From positions 248,001 to 312,000 of the forward strand of contig JAVKOQ020000019.1 of assembly GCA_031835245.2 (NCBI GenBank): a stretch of 64,000 nucleotides of DNA, written 5' to 3'. Made by a program: the position numbers and the translations under genes. The first letter of the stretch is position 1; every line of letters begins with the position of its first letter. The stretch comes from Balamuthia mandrillaris (taxonomy: Eukaryota). Under the pieces are notes generated by a model, which saw only the letters and a list, made by a program, of their open reading frames with translations, searched no databases and had not been told where the DNA came from. Positions 39,818-56,848 of the stretch are shown here, one piece after another.

Positions 39818-40265
39818 TTATCTGGCTTCTTTCTTATCACATTTTTAAACTAAACAACAAATATAGGAGGAGGACCTCCGGATCTCAACTCGAAAGGACA
39901 ATGGGCCAAAGGCAGCGTAGAACAGAAGTCCAACGCGGTGGTGGTTGGTCAACGGCAACGGAGCAGTTCCATCGGCTCCAAGCTGCTCTCTCCTCGCTCC
40001 ACTGAGAAAGCCGTGGAGTCCTTCTCAGAGGCTAGAAAGCGATCCGGCATGGAGCCTCTTGCGCCTCCGGCCCTTGCTGGTAACGGCAGCGAAGCGGAGA
40101 ATGGCGGCAGCCAAGTGCAGGGCCAACGAAGCACGCTTCCTCCTTCTTTGGGAAGGGATAGTAAGCAGGAGGAAAATTCTCCTAGAAGACCGTCTACCAC
40201 GAAACCTGGAGGAACTGATAGACCGACCAACCGTTCGGGCCAAGACGTTGTTATTTTTTTCTCTC

Positions 40266-40299
<34 letters not shown>

Positions 40300-41404
40300 A
40301 GTTCTATGCTTTTCCTTATCCATTGCGGCTCGCTTTGCACGAAACTAACCAGCTCTTCTTGTTATTAACAGCGGCCTAAGATGCGTTCTTTGCGAAAAGG
40401 AGATGTTAATCATTCTCTCAACTCAAGCGGTCTCAACTCAAGCGGTGCTGTCACTTTGGTGGTTTTCTCTCTCTTTCTTTGTTTCTCTTCTCTCTCTCTC
40501 TCTTGCTCTCGCTGCTCCTTCTTGCTGTGTTAACCAGAACGGCTCATCTCATTTTAGAGGCCACACATGCTATCAAGGAAGGAGAGCTCAGAAAGCTTAA
40601 CAGCATTAGTAACTTCTGTTCTCTTTCTTTTTAAGTTCCATTTTCTTTCTTCTTTTTTTGTTCTTTTTTCCTCCTTCGTCCTCTTTGTATTCGTCCTACT
40701 TACATTTGTGAACCTGAACTTTGCAGCAAAAGCTGGCGTTAATGGATGCGAGAAAGCCCCTCTCCAGGGTAGACGTGGACAAACCAAAGACACGACCTCA
40801 AATCGTGGAGGATACCGAAGAGACCCGCAACGCTACTGACCTTGTGCTTTGTATGCTTGGCAATTTCAACACAATATTTACGGTTCATTCAGCTTTTCTA
40901 TTCTTTGTTCTTTGTTCTCCATTCTCTATTCCCTATTCTCTAATTGTTGCTCACGTTAATGGAATGAATGCAGGAAGTGGATGACGAAGTCCCAAAAGAA
41001 ATAAAATGGCTGATAGATTACCTGCAAGAGAAAGGTCTCTCTCTCTCTCTCTTGCTCTCTCTTCATTTCTTACTTTCTAAACTCTTGTTTCTTTGAAACA
41101 GCATTGGACATACCAGATTTTTTTAACTATAGATATTTTAACGTCAAAAAGGCAAAGACAGCCCTGAAAGCTCTTCGCAGGAAGGGCACGCCCTTACAGA
41201 CCGAGATGGACATTTACTTTGTGGCCGAAATGCTGAAACTGAGCTATGAGCGCCTGCCACGATTTCCGTTCCACTTTGAAGAGTTTCAACCTGAAAAGGC
41301 TTGGAATGGTTTGTTCCTTTTGTCCTTTGTTCTTTTCATCCACTCTTTCATTTCATTCTCCTATCCATTCACTCCTTCTTTGTCGTTCTTCTTTCATTCA
41401 TTCA

Positions 41405-41442
<38 letters not shown>

Positions 41443-41800
41443 AAAGAACTGCCAAGCACGGACGCAGAAGCAAGAGTGGAGTTCATTCGCGGTGCGCTCA
41501 GTCACGTAACCGAAGCCGAGAAACAAATGATAGCCTGCCTTTTGAAGTTTCTGCAAAGGGCCAACCGCCGGTTGGTGGAGGAGAAAGCCCTCTTGCCGCC
41601 GGACCATCTCCCTGCCCTGGCCGCCTCTTTCCTGCTGGATGGCAAGTGGCTCCAGTACAAGAAGCCACCAGTGGTCAAACTAAAGGCCAAGTTTGTAATC
41701 TAACTTTATCTAAAAAAAAATATGAAAACAATACAGAACGGGCCCACCAGATGATTGTACAAGTTTTGTGGAGCCTCACTCACCCAACTTCTTTTAGCTT
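39045..41800 (+). CDS. EVH1/WH1-domain protein with RhoGAP-like C-terminal domain
   Basis: VQATVYVADG..WEERG..YRILA, TPTFFQWAD..YGVN; VPKEIKWLIDYL, VAEMLKLSYERLP, IACLLKFL; 3' end uncertain. Confidence 0.7.
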
Positions 41801-43731
41801 CGCTTTGTGTTCCTCCTTTTCTTTCCCGTTTTGCCATTCATGACCGGTGCAATAAGGCTCCATAAGAGCGATATAATGTTGGTACTTTTGTGGGTTGGCA
41901 TTGGCCATTTCCCACACCGACTCGTAGTTGCTTTGGTACTTAAAGAAGGGGTCTGCGCCACCATCCCACAAGGTTTTAAAAGCATCGGCATAGTCGCTGT
42001 TCATTGCGAAGGCAAGAGGTGGCCATCCATACTGCATATATTTGGAAGAGAGAGAAAGAGAGGGGAATGTTAGTTCTTCATATATCTCTCTTTCTACTTG
42101 TTTCCTCCAAGCATGTGTTTGAACGAACCGCGTTACATCCATGAGGGTCAGCGCCCCGCGCTAAAAGTTGATTCAGCAATTCGTGACAACCATGGTAGGT
42201 GGCCCGTATCAAAGCACTTTCTTGCTGTGCTTTCAGTGTATTAGAGGTTTTCGGGTAGGAGAGAGAGAGAGAGAGAGAGAGAGCCTCCTACACGGAATTG
42301 GGCATGGACATCGCTACCATGTTCAAGCAACAGAAGAGCTATCTCTATGTGTCGTTTGTCGATGGCTTTCAGCAGCGCAGTCTTACCATCCTACAGAGCC
42401 ATCAAGGCAAAGCAAACAACATGTGTGCTTGAGAAGAGCGAAAAGAGCAAGAGAGAGGAGCTTACTGTGTCCATAGCGAAAACATCCGCATGGTATTGAA
42501 GAAGAGCTTTCACGACAGATAGAGATCCGCTTGTGGCAGCAAAACTTAATGGTGTTGCGCCCTATATAGTTCATAAAGCATTCTAGGGTGATCACAAAGA
42601 AACCAACAGATAAGAACAGCATTATAACAAACCGAAGAAGTCCAAAAGTTTGGAGTCGTCTTTCGCAGCAGCTTGTATACTCTCTTGAGAGACGGAGTTT
42701 TTGCCCCACATTCGTTTACAAGGCCATAGTGATGGGAGAGGAATTCCACTTCCTCCTTTCGCTTTGGGGTCACCTCCTCAAAGGTGTGCATAAAAGCACG
42801 TTTATAGCCACAAGCATCAGCTGTATCCAAAGGAGTCTGGCCAAACTGACTCGGGAAAGGAAGAGAGAGAGAGAGAGTGAGACAGATGTTAGTTATGAGA
42901 GCAACACGCTACAAAACAAGCAAGCAAAATTAAAAAAACGTTGTTACGAAATGGCTTTGCGCCAGCTTCCAACAAGGCCGCAACGACTTCTCGATGTCCT
43001 CTGCTGCACGCCAGATGAAGCGCAGAGTTACCTGCCTGTGTGAGAGAACAGCGACAGCCCAAAAAAAGAAGGGGAAAAGATCGCTAATGAGATGAGGACG
43101 CTTTAAAGCGACACAAGCATGGAAAGAGCGGAAAGGAACGAACTCCAGTGACGGCATCGATGGCAGCACCACCTGCTAACAAGCACGTGACCACGTCTAT
43201 ATGGCCTCTATTGCTGGCGACCATCAACGGCGTGATTCCACTCTAAAATGTAAATAAGAAAATGCGCCGGGCAAAAAGGAAATAAGATGAAGAGGTTTGG
43301 AGGGAGAGGGAGAGAGAGAGAGGGAGAGAGAGAGGAAGAGCTCGGACTGACTTGGTTTGGAAGGTCGCAGGAACCGGTGGCCATGCGAGGCAGAAGCAGC
43401 TGAACCATGACAGCATTACCCCAATAACTTGCTGCCCATAATGGAGTTATAGCCGCCTGTTGTTGTTTTCAAGGAGCGATGAGAACAAGAAGGAAAGGTG
43501 GAAAAATAAGAAGAAAAGAAAGAGGGTTACAGGGCCAAAACAAAAGTTTGGGTCTAAAGCGTTTTCCTCCTCCCTGAGTAACGCTTCAAGGCGAGCTATA
43601 TTGGCTTCTCCTCGTGTTGTGCACAGTTCGACGAGTCGCTTTTGGGAGTTGGTCAGCCCGTGTTGTTGTTCATCCACTCCTTGCTGCGTTTGTTTCTCCT
43701 TCTCCTTGTCCTTCTTCTTCTTCTTGAACAT
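41780..43731 (-). CDS. Ankyrin-repeat protein, multi-exon
   Basis: TPIWAASYWGN, GITPLMVASNRGHIDVV, GWPPLAFAM..GADP. Confidence 0.72.
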
Positions 43732-44197
43732 CTTTGTCGGTTCTATATTTTATTTTTTGATAAAATAATTCCCGGAAAAAATTCAAATGGGTTGCTCTGC
43801 AGCAAAACTGCGCAAAAAGCGAAGCAAAACAGGTCAACTTGTTCACATACCCGGAAGCCCAGTACGATCGAATCGAAAATCAAAAAAGTGATCGATCTAC
43901 AAACATTCAAAAAATACCGGAAAAATAAAACAAATTCGATCGAAGAAGAATAGAACCCACACAGAGAGAGAGGGAGAAGTCCGACTTCCCTGTTTTTTTT
44001 TTTGCAGTTCTTGCTGAACGGTCGTTTCCGTAACAAAAACTTCTCTCTTCTCCCCGCTTTGAAGAGAAGAGAAGCCAAGTTATTCCTCCACACGGAACAG
44101 ATTATTATTATTATTTCTTTGGAAGAAAAGGCGACGGAGAGGAAGGCGCTTTGCTTTATTTATTTTATTTTAATTGCCGAACCATCAGATCCTTAAA

Positions 44198-46048
44198 ATG
44201 TCTGGACAAGAACTTACTCCGTTGTACCAATGGGTAATCCTTTCATCATTTTCTTCGTTTGCTTCTTCTATTTTTTGTTGTCTTTCTTCTTCTTGCCATG
44301 CATTTTTAACCAAAAAAAAATGTTATTAGGGTTTTAGTTTGCGAACGCCAAAGTTTTTGGTGCCGCTGTTGAACAACAACCTCTTTGCTTTCGGCAAGGA
44401 GGCCGTCAGCAGCGGGCTTCCTCTGCCCGACGACCAGGACGAGGCTTTGGCCCACCACCACGACAACGACGGCAAATTACCACATCAGCTGCCTCCGCCC
44501 ATCCTACAAAAGAGAAAGAAGAAAAAGGCTCTTCCTGCTTCTGCTTCTGCTTCTCCTCCTTGTTCTTCCTCTCTTTCTTCTTCTTCTTCTTCCGATTCCA
44601 CAAACAACAACATTTTTCCTACTGAGCAACTCCCCTCTTCTTCTTCCTCTTCGTTTTCTCAAGATTTTGTGTCTTCTTCGTCTTCTGCAACAACAACACT
44701 CTCCTTATCACAACCTTCTCCTTCTTCTTCATCTTCGTGTTCTTCACCTTCTTGTTCTTCTTCCACACCTCAACAAACTACAACCACCACGACGATAACT
44801 GCTTCCTCTTCTACCTCTTCGTCCTCTTCGTCTTCTTCTTCTTCTTCTTCTTCACAACCCCTTTCGGAGCGTTCCGATGAAGACATTTTGCAAATGTTGA
44901 AGGAGGGCCGCATAGCTGCCCACCAACTAGAACACCAACTGCAAGACCTCCCTCGTGCTGTTCACCTCCGTCGGCTTCTTCTTGGTACACCCTCTTTCCT
45001 TTTCCTCCTTTTCTCTTCTCTCTTTCTCTCTCTTCTCTCTTCTCTTCTCCTTAACGTCTCTTTCATTTTTTAAAATAACAGCAAGCCAATTAGAGAGCCA
45101 ACAACGCGCAGAGGTAAGCCTATCCTCCTTACCAACCGCAGATATGGACTATGCGGCCGTGCAAGGCCGCTGCTGCGAGAACGTGATAGGCTACGTGCGC
45201 GTTCCTGTGGGCGTGGCGGGGCCTCTCCTTCTCAACGGGCAACAGGTGTACCTGCCGATGGCCACCACGGAGGGGTGCCTGGTGGCTTCCACGCACCGAG
45301 GCTGTAAGGCCATAACCGCGTCGGGAGGAGCCACTGCAGTTGTGGTTGGGGATGGAATGACGCGTGGGCCTTGCTTGAAACTGCCGTCGGCTGCGGCTGC
45401 TGCTGAGCTGAAGGAGTGGCTTGAAAGGGCGGAGAATAGAGCTCAAGTGGAGGCTGCCTTTAATTCAACCAGTCGGTTTGCTCGTCTAATTGATGTACGT
45501 TTCTTTCTTATTTTACTACCATTATTCTCCTCTTCTATTCTTTCTCCTTTTCTTTGCTCTGTTATTAACAAAGATTTAAAAACAACAGATAAAAACAGCA
45601 ATAGCTGGAAGAAACCTATACCTTAGGTTCAAGGCCACAACAGGGGACGCCATGGGCATGAATATGATTTCCAAAGGCACCAACGAGGCCCTCGAGGTGA
45701 TCCTCGCCCAGTTCCCCGAGGCCCATCTTGTCAGCCTCTCTGGCAACTACTGCACCGACAAGAAGCCCTCCGCCATCAACTGGGTTGAGGGCAGAGGCAA
45801 GTCGGTTGTCTGTGAGGCTGTTATCAAGGGAGAGATTGTGGAGACGGTGCTCAAGACCACGGTGGAGGCCATGGTCCAAGTCAACATAGATAAAAACCTG
45901 GTGGGCTCAGCTATGGCGGGTTCTGTTGGGGGTTTCAACGCGCATGCCGCCAATATTGTGACGGCTATGTTCATTGCAACAGGGCAGGATCCTGCTCAGA
46001 ACGTGGAGAGCTCGAATTGCATCACTCTTATTGAACCGTAGGCTCCTT

Positions 46049-46091
<43 letters not shown>

Positions 46092-46534
46092 CACCTTTGC
46101 ATTTACTTTCGTTCTGTCGCTGTTACTCTTTTCTTTCTTTCTGTTCCGTTCTATCTTTTCTAATGTTTCCTTCCTTTGCTATCGCCCTTAGAACGAATGG
46201 AGGCAAGGATTTATATATGTCAGTGACAATGCCTTCATTGGAGGTGGGCACAGTGGGAGGAGGCACTCATTTGGGAGCACAGGCAGCGTGCCTCGACATA
46301 CTCAACGTGAAGGGAGCATCGCAAGAAAAACCGGGTGATAACGCAAGGCAACTGGCACGAGTCATCTGCGGTGGTGTGCTTGCTGGGGAACTTTCGTTGA
46401 TGGCAGCTCTTGCAGGTTTGCACGCTCTCTCTCTCTCTCTAAAGCAAGAGGAGCTAACTTTGTTTTTTTCAAATAACGCAGCGAATCATTTGACACGAAG
46501 TCACATGCAGCTCAATCGAGGAAACAAGTTGTGA
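44198..46534 (+). CDS. HMGCR: Class I HMG-CoA reductase
   Basis: [62 protein letters not shown]. Confidence 0.95.
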
Positions 46535-46822
46535 GTGTGAGAAATTGGAATAGGCGGATGAACAAACAACACCACTGGCTCTATTTTATCTTTATTTTTG
46601 TAAGTTAATCAGTTATTATTTGTTGTGGTGTTGTTTTTGATGTTGGAGGAATGATGCCATTATTGATGGCAGTTTTGGTTGGATGGGCCACTCTAGTTTC
46701 TCAGCTATAAACGATGTTCCTCCCTTCCAGTTTTCTTTCTCTTCTCTGGATTTCTCTTCTTCTTGCTCTATTTAACACGCAGAGAAGAAAGCAACAAAAA
46801 TGAAATGGGGGAGAGAAGCACA

Positions 46823-50111
<3,289 letters not shown>

Positions 50112-50659
50112 GTTTTTTCCCTTTATGCCTCGGTATGGAATCGTAAAAGTCGACTGTGCCACGAAAGAAAGAAGAGGTGTGCAGGTTGGCTGACTGTTTT
50201 TTTCTTTTCTTTTTGGCGTTAGTGGGCAACCCTTGGTTTTCTTTTTAAAAAAAAAACAGTCTCTGTCACTTTGAAGAAACAAGAGGAGAGGAGGAGGAGG
50301 AGGGAAGACGAAGAAAAAGAAGCGGAAGAGGAAGAAGAGAGCGCTAAAATAAAATGTGACAAAAGTGACAATAGTTTCGCTTTAGTTTCCTTTTCTTTCT
50401 TCTTTGCCTTCTTTTATTCTCCCTTTTTGCTTCCCTTAGGATGCGAAAGAATTGTCGACGTTATTTGGATCCGCCAATCGGAATTCAAAAGTCGAAACAT
50501 AATTAAACATAATCTTCCTAATCGGGTAGGTTCGTCAAAAACCCGATCTTCGTCAAATTATCGTATGCGGAAGACGATAATTGTTGATAAATGTTGTCGC
50601 CATAAATATATCTCTTTGCTTTGATTTGGGTTTTTGCAGCCAAAGAGGCAAAAACAACA

Positions 50660-50926
50660 ATGCAAGCTGCAGAGAAGAGGAGCGCTTCTTCAGGGGAGGG
50701 CGATGGTGTGGGGGGTGGGTTCTTGGTGTTTGGTCAATCGGGTTGGATTGGTTCGCAGGTGATCAAACTGCTGAAGGATGCCGGGGAGGTTGTTCACGCT
50801 GCTTCTTCCAGACTGGAAGACCGTGCTGCCATATTGAGGTTTATTTCGCCTCTGTCTCTGTCTCTGTCTCTGTCTCTGTCTCTGTCTCTGTCTCTGTCTC
50901 TGTCTCTGTCTCTGTCTCTGTCTCTG

Positions 50927-50994
<68 letters not shown>

Positions 50995-52030
50995 TTCCTC
51001 ACTTTTGTTTGATTGCTTTCCTGTTTTTTTTAAAAGTGAGTTGGACTGCATGAAGCCAAAATATGTAGTGAATGCCGCTGGAGTGGTACCTTTCCTCGTC
51101 GCTCTTTTAACACAAAACAAAACTGTTTTCGTTTATACCCGCTCTATCTACTCTGACCAGACCGGACGACCGAACGTGGATTGGTGCGAAGATCACAGGC
51201 CAGAGACCATTCGCGCGAACGTGCTGGGCACCATCAACCTCGCCGACTGTTGCTATCTGAGGGGCATCCACCTCACCAACTTTGCGAGCGGCTGCATCTA
51301 CCAGTACGACGAGCAGCACCCCATTGGTGGGCCTGGCTTTAAGGAAACAGACACGCCCAACTATTCGGACTCGTTCTATTCCACCACTAAAATTATCACC
51401 GAGCAAGTGAGTTCTTCGTTCTTCTTTGTTGTTGTTGTTCTTCTGCTGCTGCTGCTAATCTTCCATGCGAACATATGATGCACAAATAGATGTTGGTCAA
51501 CTACAGCAACGTCCTCATTCTGCGCCTACGAATGCCTGTGTCTGACGACCTCCACCCACGCAGCTTCCTTACCAAGATCACCAGATACGAAAGGGTTTGA
51601 CTCTCTGCTTCTCTATTTCGTTGTTGCTCGCTTTCTTGTTTCTCATGGCGATGGATAAAACGATCAAGGTGGTAAACGTGCCGAACTCTATCAGCATCTT
51701 GGCTGACCTTTTGCCGATAGCTTTGGACCTTACCAAGAAGGAAAGGAAAGGCGTTTACAATTTCACCAATCCTGGGGCCATCTCTCACAACGAGATCCTT
51801 CAAATGTACAAAGAGGTACCGTTCCTCCCATTGTAGCTGCTGTTGCTTGGTGCTGGCTGACTGATGCTTCTGACTGAATGCAGTACATCGACCCCGCTTT
51901 CACCTGGAAGAACTTCACGCTGGAAGAACAAGCCAAAATCCTCAAGGCTGGCCGTTCTAACAACGAACTGGTTTTTAATGCCCCCCTCTTATTTCTTCCA
52001 CTCTCTTCCCTCCATTCCTGGGCGACTAAT

Positions 52031-52068
<38 letters not shown>

Positions 52069-52194
52069 TTAAAAAAGGATGTGAGCAAGCTGAGCGCCGA
52101 GTATCCAGATCTGCTGCCGGTGCGTGAAGCCATGGTCCTTTTGTTCAAGCGGATGAAAGCAGCAAATACGTCAGGAGAGGAAGAAGTAAAGTGA
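50660..52194 (+). CDS. UER1: Bifunctional NDP-4-keto-6-deoxyglucose 3,5-epimerase/4-reductase (rhamnose synthesis, plant NRS/ER type)
   Basis: FGQSGWIG, TGRPNVDWCE, GCIYQYD, SFYSTTK, LRLRMP, YNFTNPGAISHNEIL, AGRSNNEL. Confidence 0.9.
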
Positions 52195-52561
52195 AAGTTG
52201 CTTTGCGTGTGGTTGGGGTGGTTGTCGAAGAAGAAAAGATGAGGAAAGAGCACTGCACGATGAGAAGAAAGAGGAAACAGCCAAATAGAAACTAGTTGAA
52301 GAAAGATATTATAAAGCCCGAATTGTCTACATTTACAATACCAACAACACAAACAAGCAGAAGCAAAAGCCGCAGCAGCGTGATGCGCAAAACAAGGGGA
52401 AAGAAGTGAAGAAGAAAACCAAAAATAATCGGGTCTGGCAACAGTGAGAGAGAAAGCGAACTCACCAGAGGGTGAGTGAATCTTGTGGAGAAAGCCTTTC
52501 TGTAGGTTGACGAGGGCAGGGCAAGGAAGAAAAAGCTATTGGCAACGGCAAGGGGGATAAT

Positions 52562-53236
52562 TTAGCTGGAGGACTCCTCGGACGACTCTTCATCCGCAGA
52601 ACTGCCCCCTTTCTTCTTCTTATACTCCGCCAGCTGCTTCTCGTATCGTTTTTTGTCCTTCTCAGCCATGGCTTCGTACTTCTTCTTCTCTGCCTTGGTG
52701 GCTTTGTTCCACATCTTGCCGAGCTTCTTTCCGATTTCTCCAAATGCAATGTCGGGGTTTTCTTCCTTCACCTGGTCTCTGTGGGCAGCGGCGAAAAACA
52801 TGTACGACGACTTGGGCCTCTTTGGCTGGTCTTTATCCTTCTTCGCCTTCTTGCCTCCAGCCTGTTTGCCCTTCTTGGAGGCTGGGGCCTTCCGCTTTTT
52901 GGTCTCCTTCTGTTCCGCGAGGGCCTTCTTTCGGCTGCTTGCTCCTGCGGTCTTGTCATCAAATTCGAAGCGCTTAGGGGGTTTGCGGTCACGAGAAGGT
53001 CTGTCAATGGTGGCTGTGTGTTCCATTCGAAAGAAAAAAAAATTAATCTTTTGTTTTTCACTTCGCACAAAAAAATCAAGTAGTGGTCGCTCATCCGATT
53101 TATTTATTTTTTTTCTGTGACCATCATCTTGGAAAAAAAAATGATGAAAGGGAAGGTCACACGTACGAGGAGCGGGGGCCTTGGGCTCCTTCTTGGTGGT
53201 AGTCTTTTTCTTTGTGGCGGCGTTCTCCGACGACAT
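52562..53236 (-). CDS. HMG-box chromatin protein (NHP6/HMGB-like)
   Basis: PKRPKSSYMFF..VKEENP..FGEIGKKLGKMW..KYEAMAEKDKKRY; one intron. Confidence 0.9.
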   Translation of the reverse strand: MSSENAATKKKTTTKKEPKAPAPRTCDLPFHHFFFQDDGHRKKINKSDERPLLDFFVRSEKQKINFFFFRMEHTATIDRPSRDRKPPKRFEFDDKTAGASSRKKALAEQKETKKRKAPASKKGKQAGGKKAKKDKDQPKRPKSSYMFFAAAHRDQVKEENPDIAFGEIGKKLGKMWNKATKAEKKKYEAMAEKDKKRYEKQLAEYKKKKGGSSADEESSEESSS

Positions 53237-53696
53237 TTGTGTGTGCAGGGGTATGTGTTTTTGTTTTGTTTTTGGTTCAACGGTTTGTTGTTGTTGTTGT
53301 GGTGTTGTTGTGGTTTGAAGGAAAGAAGAGAAAAGAAAGAAAAGAAAGCGAATAAAAAAAATGTGGAAAGAAAAGGTGTAGCGGAAGGGAAAAAGTGGTG
53401 GGTGGGCCGGCGCTTTGTGTTGGCCGTTGTTTCTAACGAATAGTTGGGGCTAACGGTTTATTGTGGGACAAACAAAGGCAAAAGGATCTTTTACGGCCAA
53501 TAGAAACGGATGAGGGCAGCGGCGGGAACGCTTCCCATTGGCTTGACAAACTCCGGTTAACGGCTAGTTTTTTGACCGTTGCACAGCTCTTCGCGGAGTT
53601 TGCTGGGAGGAGAAGGAAGAAAGAAAAAAGAACAGAACAGAAAACAGGTGCAAAAGGGTGTGTAATTATTATTTGGAGTAGGGGGAAAAAATGAGG

Positions 53697-56600
53697 CTAA
53701 ACATGGTTTTCCTCTATCGTTCGGTGCTGTTGGTCGTTGCTTTGGCGGCGTCGTGTGATGCGCAGTTGCACAATTTTGATTTTGTTTTCCAAGGAGGCCA
53801 AAAGGCGTATCTGTCCCTTCTGCTCTTGAGCCAGTTCCAGCCTGCGAATGGTTTCCCAGTTTACGTGCTTGGAGCAACCTTTCTTCAAACGCGTGCAATA
53901 ACCAGATTCAAAGTCGCTGGTAGGGCAACCACAGAGCTGGTTACTTTTGATCTTCTGTGTTTGGTGAGAGCAGGAACGAGAGAGGCCAAAATTTCGGTAA
54001 GCTAAAGCGGAGCAAGGAAGGAGAGATGAAAAAAGAACGCAGCGAGGCACAAACCCGCTTCTTTTCAGAGTGGAAAGGACAGGCGTCCCTAAGGCGAGTA
54101 CAGTAGCTTCCGTTCCTACTGTCATAGTAATTGCAAAACGCGATGGTGACGCCATCGGCAGTTACTTGGCTCTCAATCTTATTGGCGCTGCTGCAGGCCG
54201 TTCCTTCGATTTTGGCATAGCACTGCTCGCTGTGGCGAGCAAAGCTCTTAGCTGGGATGGGCTGCCCACAGGAGAAGCAGTCCCGAAGGTCGTTGCCGCC
54301 GCCTCTCTCGACGTCAACCTCCTCCGCGGCCTCCCCGTTCTTGGAGACCAACGTGGCAGAGAACTCGATGGCCTGCTCCAGCACTTGACTCTTTTCTTGC
54401 AAGCTCTTTAGGTGCTTCTCCACCTCCCTTTTCTGTTCTTCCAGAGACTCCAACTGTCGCAGATCCGATTCGTCAGAGGAAGAGAGCTGCTCCTCTAATT
54501 TCAGCGACCTATTATTTTAAAATGTTACCGGTGGGGGGACTAACAATAAGCAAAGGGAAGAAAGAATAGAAGAAAGACAACCAACCGTTTCACAGGAGAA
54601 AAGTCTTGTACAGCAGTGATGACTGAGCTGAAAGCCAAGGAGCCAGCATCGTCGGAGGGAGCGGCTAAGCCCAATTCCACCGCCAACGCGGATGCCGATA
54701 GTGGCGATGGTGAGGGTTTCGGCCGTTTTGTTGTCGTTGCTGTTGCAGAGGTCCGTTGCTGTTGCTGCATCATAAGCTTCCTCTTTGCCACCTCAAGACC
54801 GCACCCGTCGCTACAGTACTTAGAGTGAGGTTTCGCTGTTTTGCCACAGTTTATGCATGTGCGAGGCGGCCGAGTGGGATATACCTCTCTCTATTGTTTC
54901 CAGCAGATAGAAGGAGAGAAAGAAAAGGTAAAAATGTTGAAAGAAATAAACAAAGGCACAACAAATAACAAATACACAAAATGAGAGAGGGAGAGCGCGG
55001 CCTGCCTCTGTATCAGTTGCTAGTTACCTCCTCCTCTTTCGCTGCGCTGGTCAGCTGAGCAAGAAATCTCGTGCTCTTGCTGTGATGGCTCGATGATGAC
55101 TTTGGTTCCTTCTTTTGCTTGCGTTGTTGCTGTAGCTGCTGTTGTTGTATTTCTCTCCTTCGTTCCTTCTTCTGACGCCTCTCTTTCGCTGCTCTTTCCT
55201 TCTTCATCTTCTTTTTCTGACAGAGGGGGCACAGGTAGGTCTTTAGGGACTTGGCTTCTTTTTCTGAAATGTTGACGCAGGTGCCGTGGTACCATTCATC
55301 ACAGCCATCACAGGCGATCATGAACAGATCTGCGTCGTATGGACGACGACATATACAATATAAAGCGTTCGCATCTTCTTCCTCTTCTTCGCCATCCTCC
55401 TCTTCCTCACATTGTGGTGCGTCTTCCACTTCTTCTTCCTCTGACTCGAGCGGCGATTCATCCAACTCCTCTCGATGAGAAGCGGACCTCCGTTTTCGGT
55501 CTCGGCGTCCAGTTGTTTTGGCATCAGTGTGGCTGTCTGTGGTGTTGGCAAGGTCCTCGCTGGAAGGGATTTTTTTCTTTCTTCCTCGCGTAGAGTTGCG
55601 TGGCTTGGTTAGTTCGACTTTAAGGCGTTGTTGTTGGCTGGCTGAGTGAGGCGTCTGGTGTTGGCTTTTAGGGGTGGTTTTGGCGGGGCGAGTTGCTAAT
55701 GTTCGGGAGTCGGGGTTGCTTCGGTTAAGTTTTTGTTTGATCTTGGAGGGAGCATGTCGGTAGGATTCATCCTCTTCGTATTGTTCCTCTTCTTCGTAAA
55801 TTATTCGTTTTTTCCGTTTTTCGCTGTTCCTCACGGAGGCTACGAGAGGAGAGTCTCCTTTTTTTGTCCTTCTCTTTGGACGTATTTGTTCTGGAGGATC
55901 GTCTTCCCATCGCTCCTCCTCGCCACTGCTCCTTGAAGAAGAACTGGTTGCAATTTGTTCCATTTTAGCTCGTCTAGGAGGAAGCTGTGATAGAAGACGA
56001 GCGACATCTTCGCTTTTCTGCACTAGATCTTCTTCTTTTAAAGGTGACCCCTACGGTTGCGTCCGAAAGGCGGAAGGAGAAAGAAAGCGCAAATGTTAAC
56101 ATGAGCTTCTGATATCATATGAGAGCAAAAGAACAAACAACAAAGAGCGTACCCGATAAGGAGATGTACTATAGTGGGAGGGGGAGGAGGCTTGACGTGA
56201 AGGCGACTTGGTATGGCCAAGTCGACGACCAGAATACATGTGGCTAGAGGTGGCGATAGGCGGTTGTGTGTGTTGTTGTGGGTGATTCTGAAGCTGCTGG
56301 TCAAAGCCAGAAGAGGAAGAAGAGAAGGACGAAGAGCGAGAAGAAGAAGAGGGTGTGGTGTTGTCGGGGTTTTTGCCTGTCGTGTCCTCAAATGAAGGAG
56401 ATTCTAGGGCATCAGAGTCCCTGTTGCTCGATAGCAAGTACTCTATGGAGGCTTTGGTGGGCTTCTTTGAACCTGCAGAGAAAGATAGTGCGGAGGCTAA
56501 AGGCGGAGAGGAAGGAGGGGAGCCGCCAAACGGAGGAGAAGCTGGAGGAGAGCCGGAAGAGGAAAGGCCGCCAGTCTTGATCCTTTTTCTTGGGGGCAAG

Positions 56601-56848
56601 GCCGTCCTGCTTCTTGTATTGCCACCGCCGCCATCGCCGCCATGGTTGAGGTTGTGGTTGCTGCTGTTGCTGGCGGCGGCGAGGAAAGTCTCTGCATGCA
56701 TGGCTGCGGTTGAGGAGGTGTTGTGGTGGGGGTGATGGATTTGTTGGAGCGGACGGAAATGAGGGGAGGGCAAAAAGGGGGACGTCGAATCAAGGTTGTT
56801 GTTGATGGAGACCAAGAGGTGACCGTCCACCGCGCACTGGCTGCTCAT
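53697..56848 (-). CDS. CXXC1: COMPASS subunit CFP1/Spp1-like PHD protein
   Basis: PHD LYCICRRPY..MIACDGCDEWYHGTCV..CPLC; C-terminal FCNYYD..YCTRLRDACPFH and LCGCP..CSKHVNWETIRR. Confidence 0.8.
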
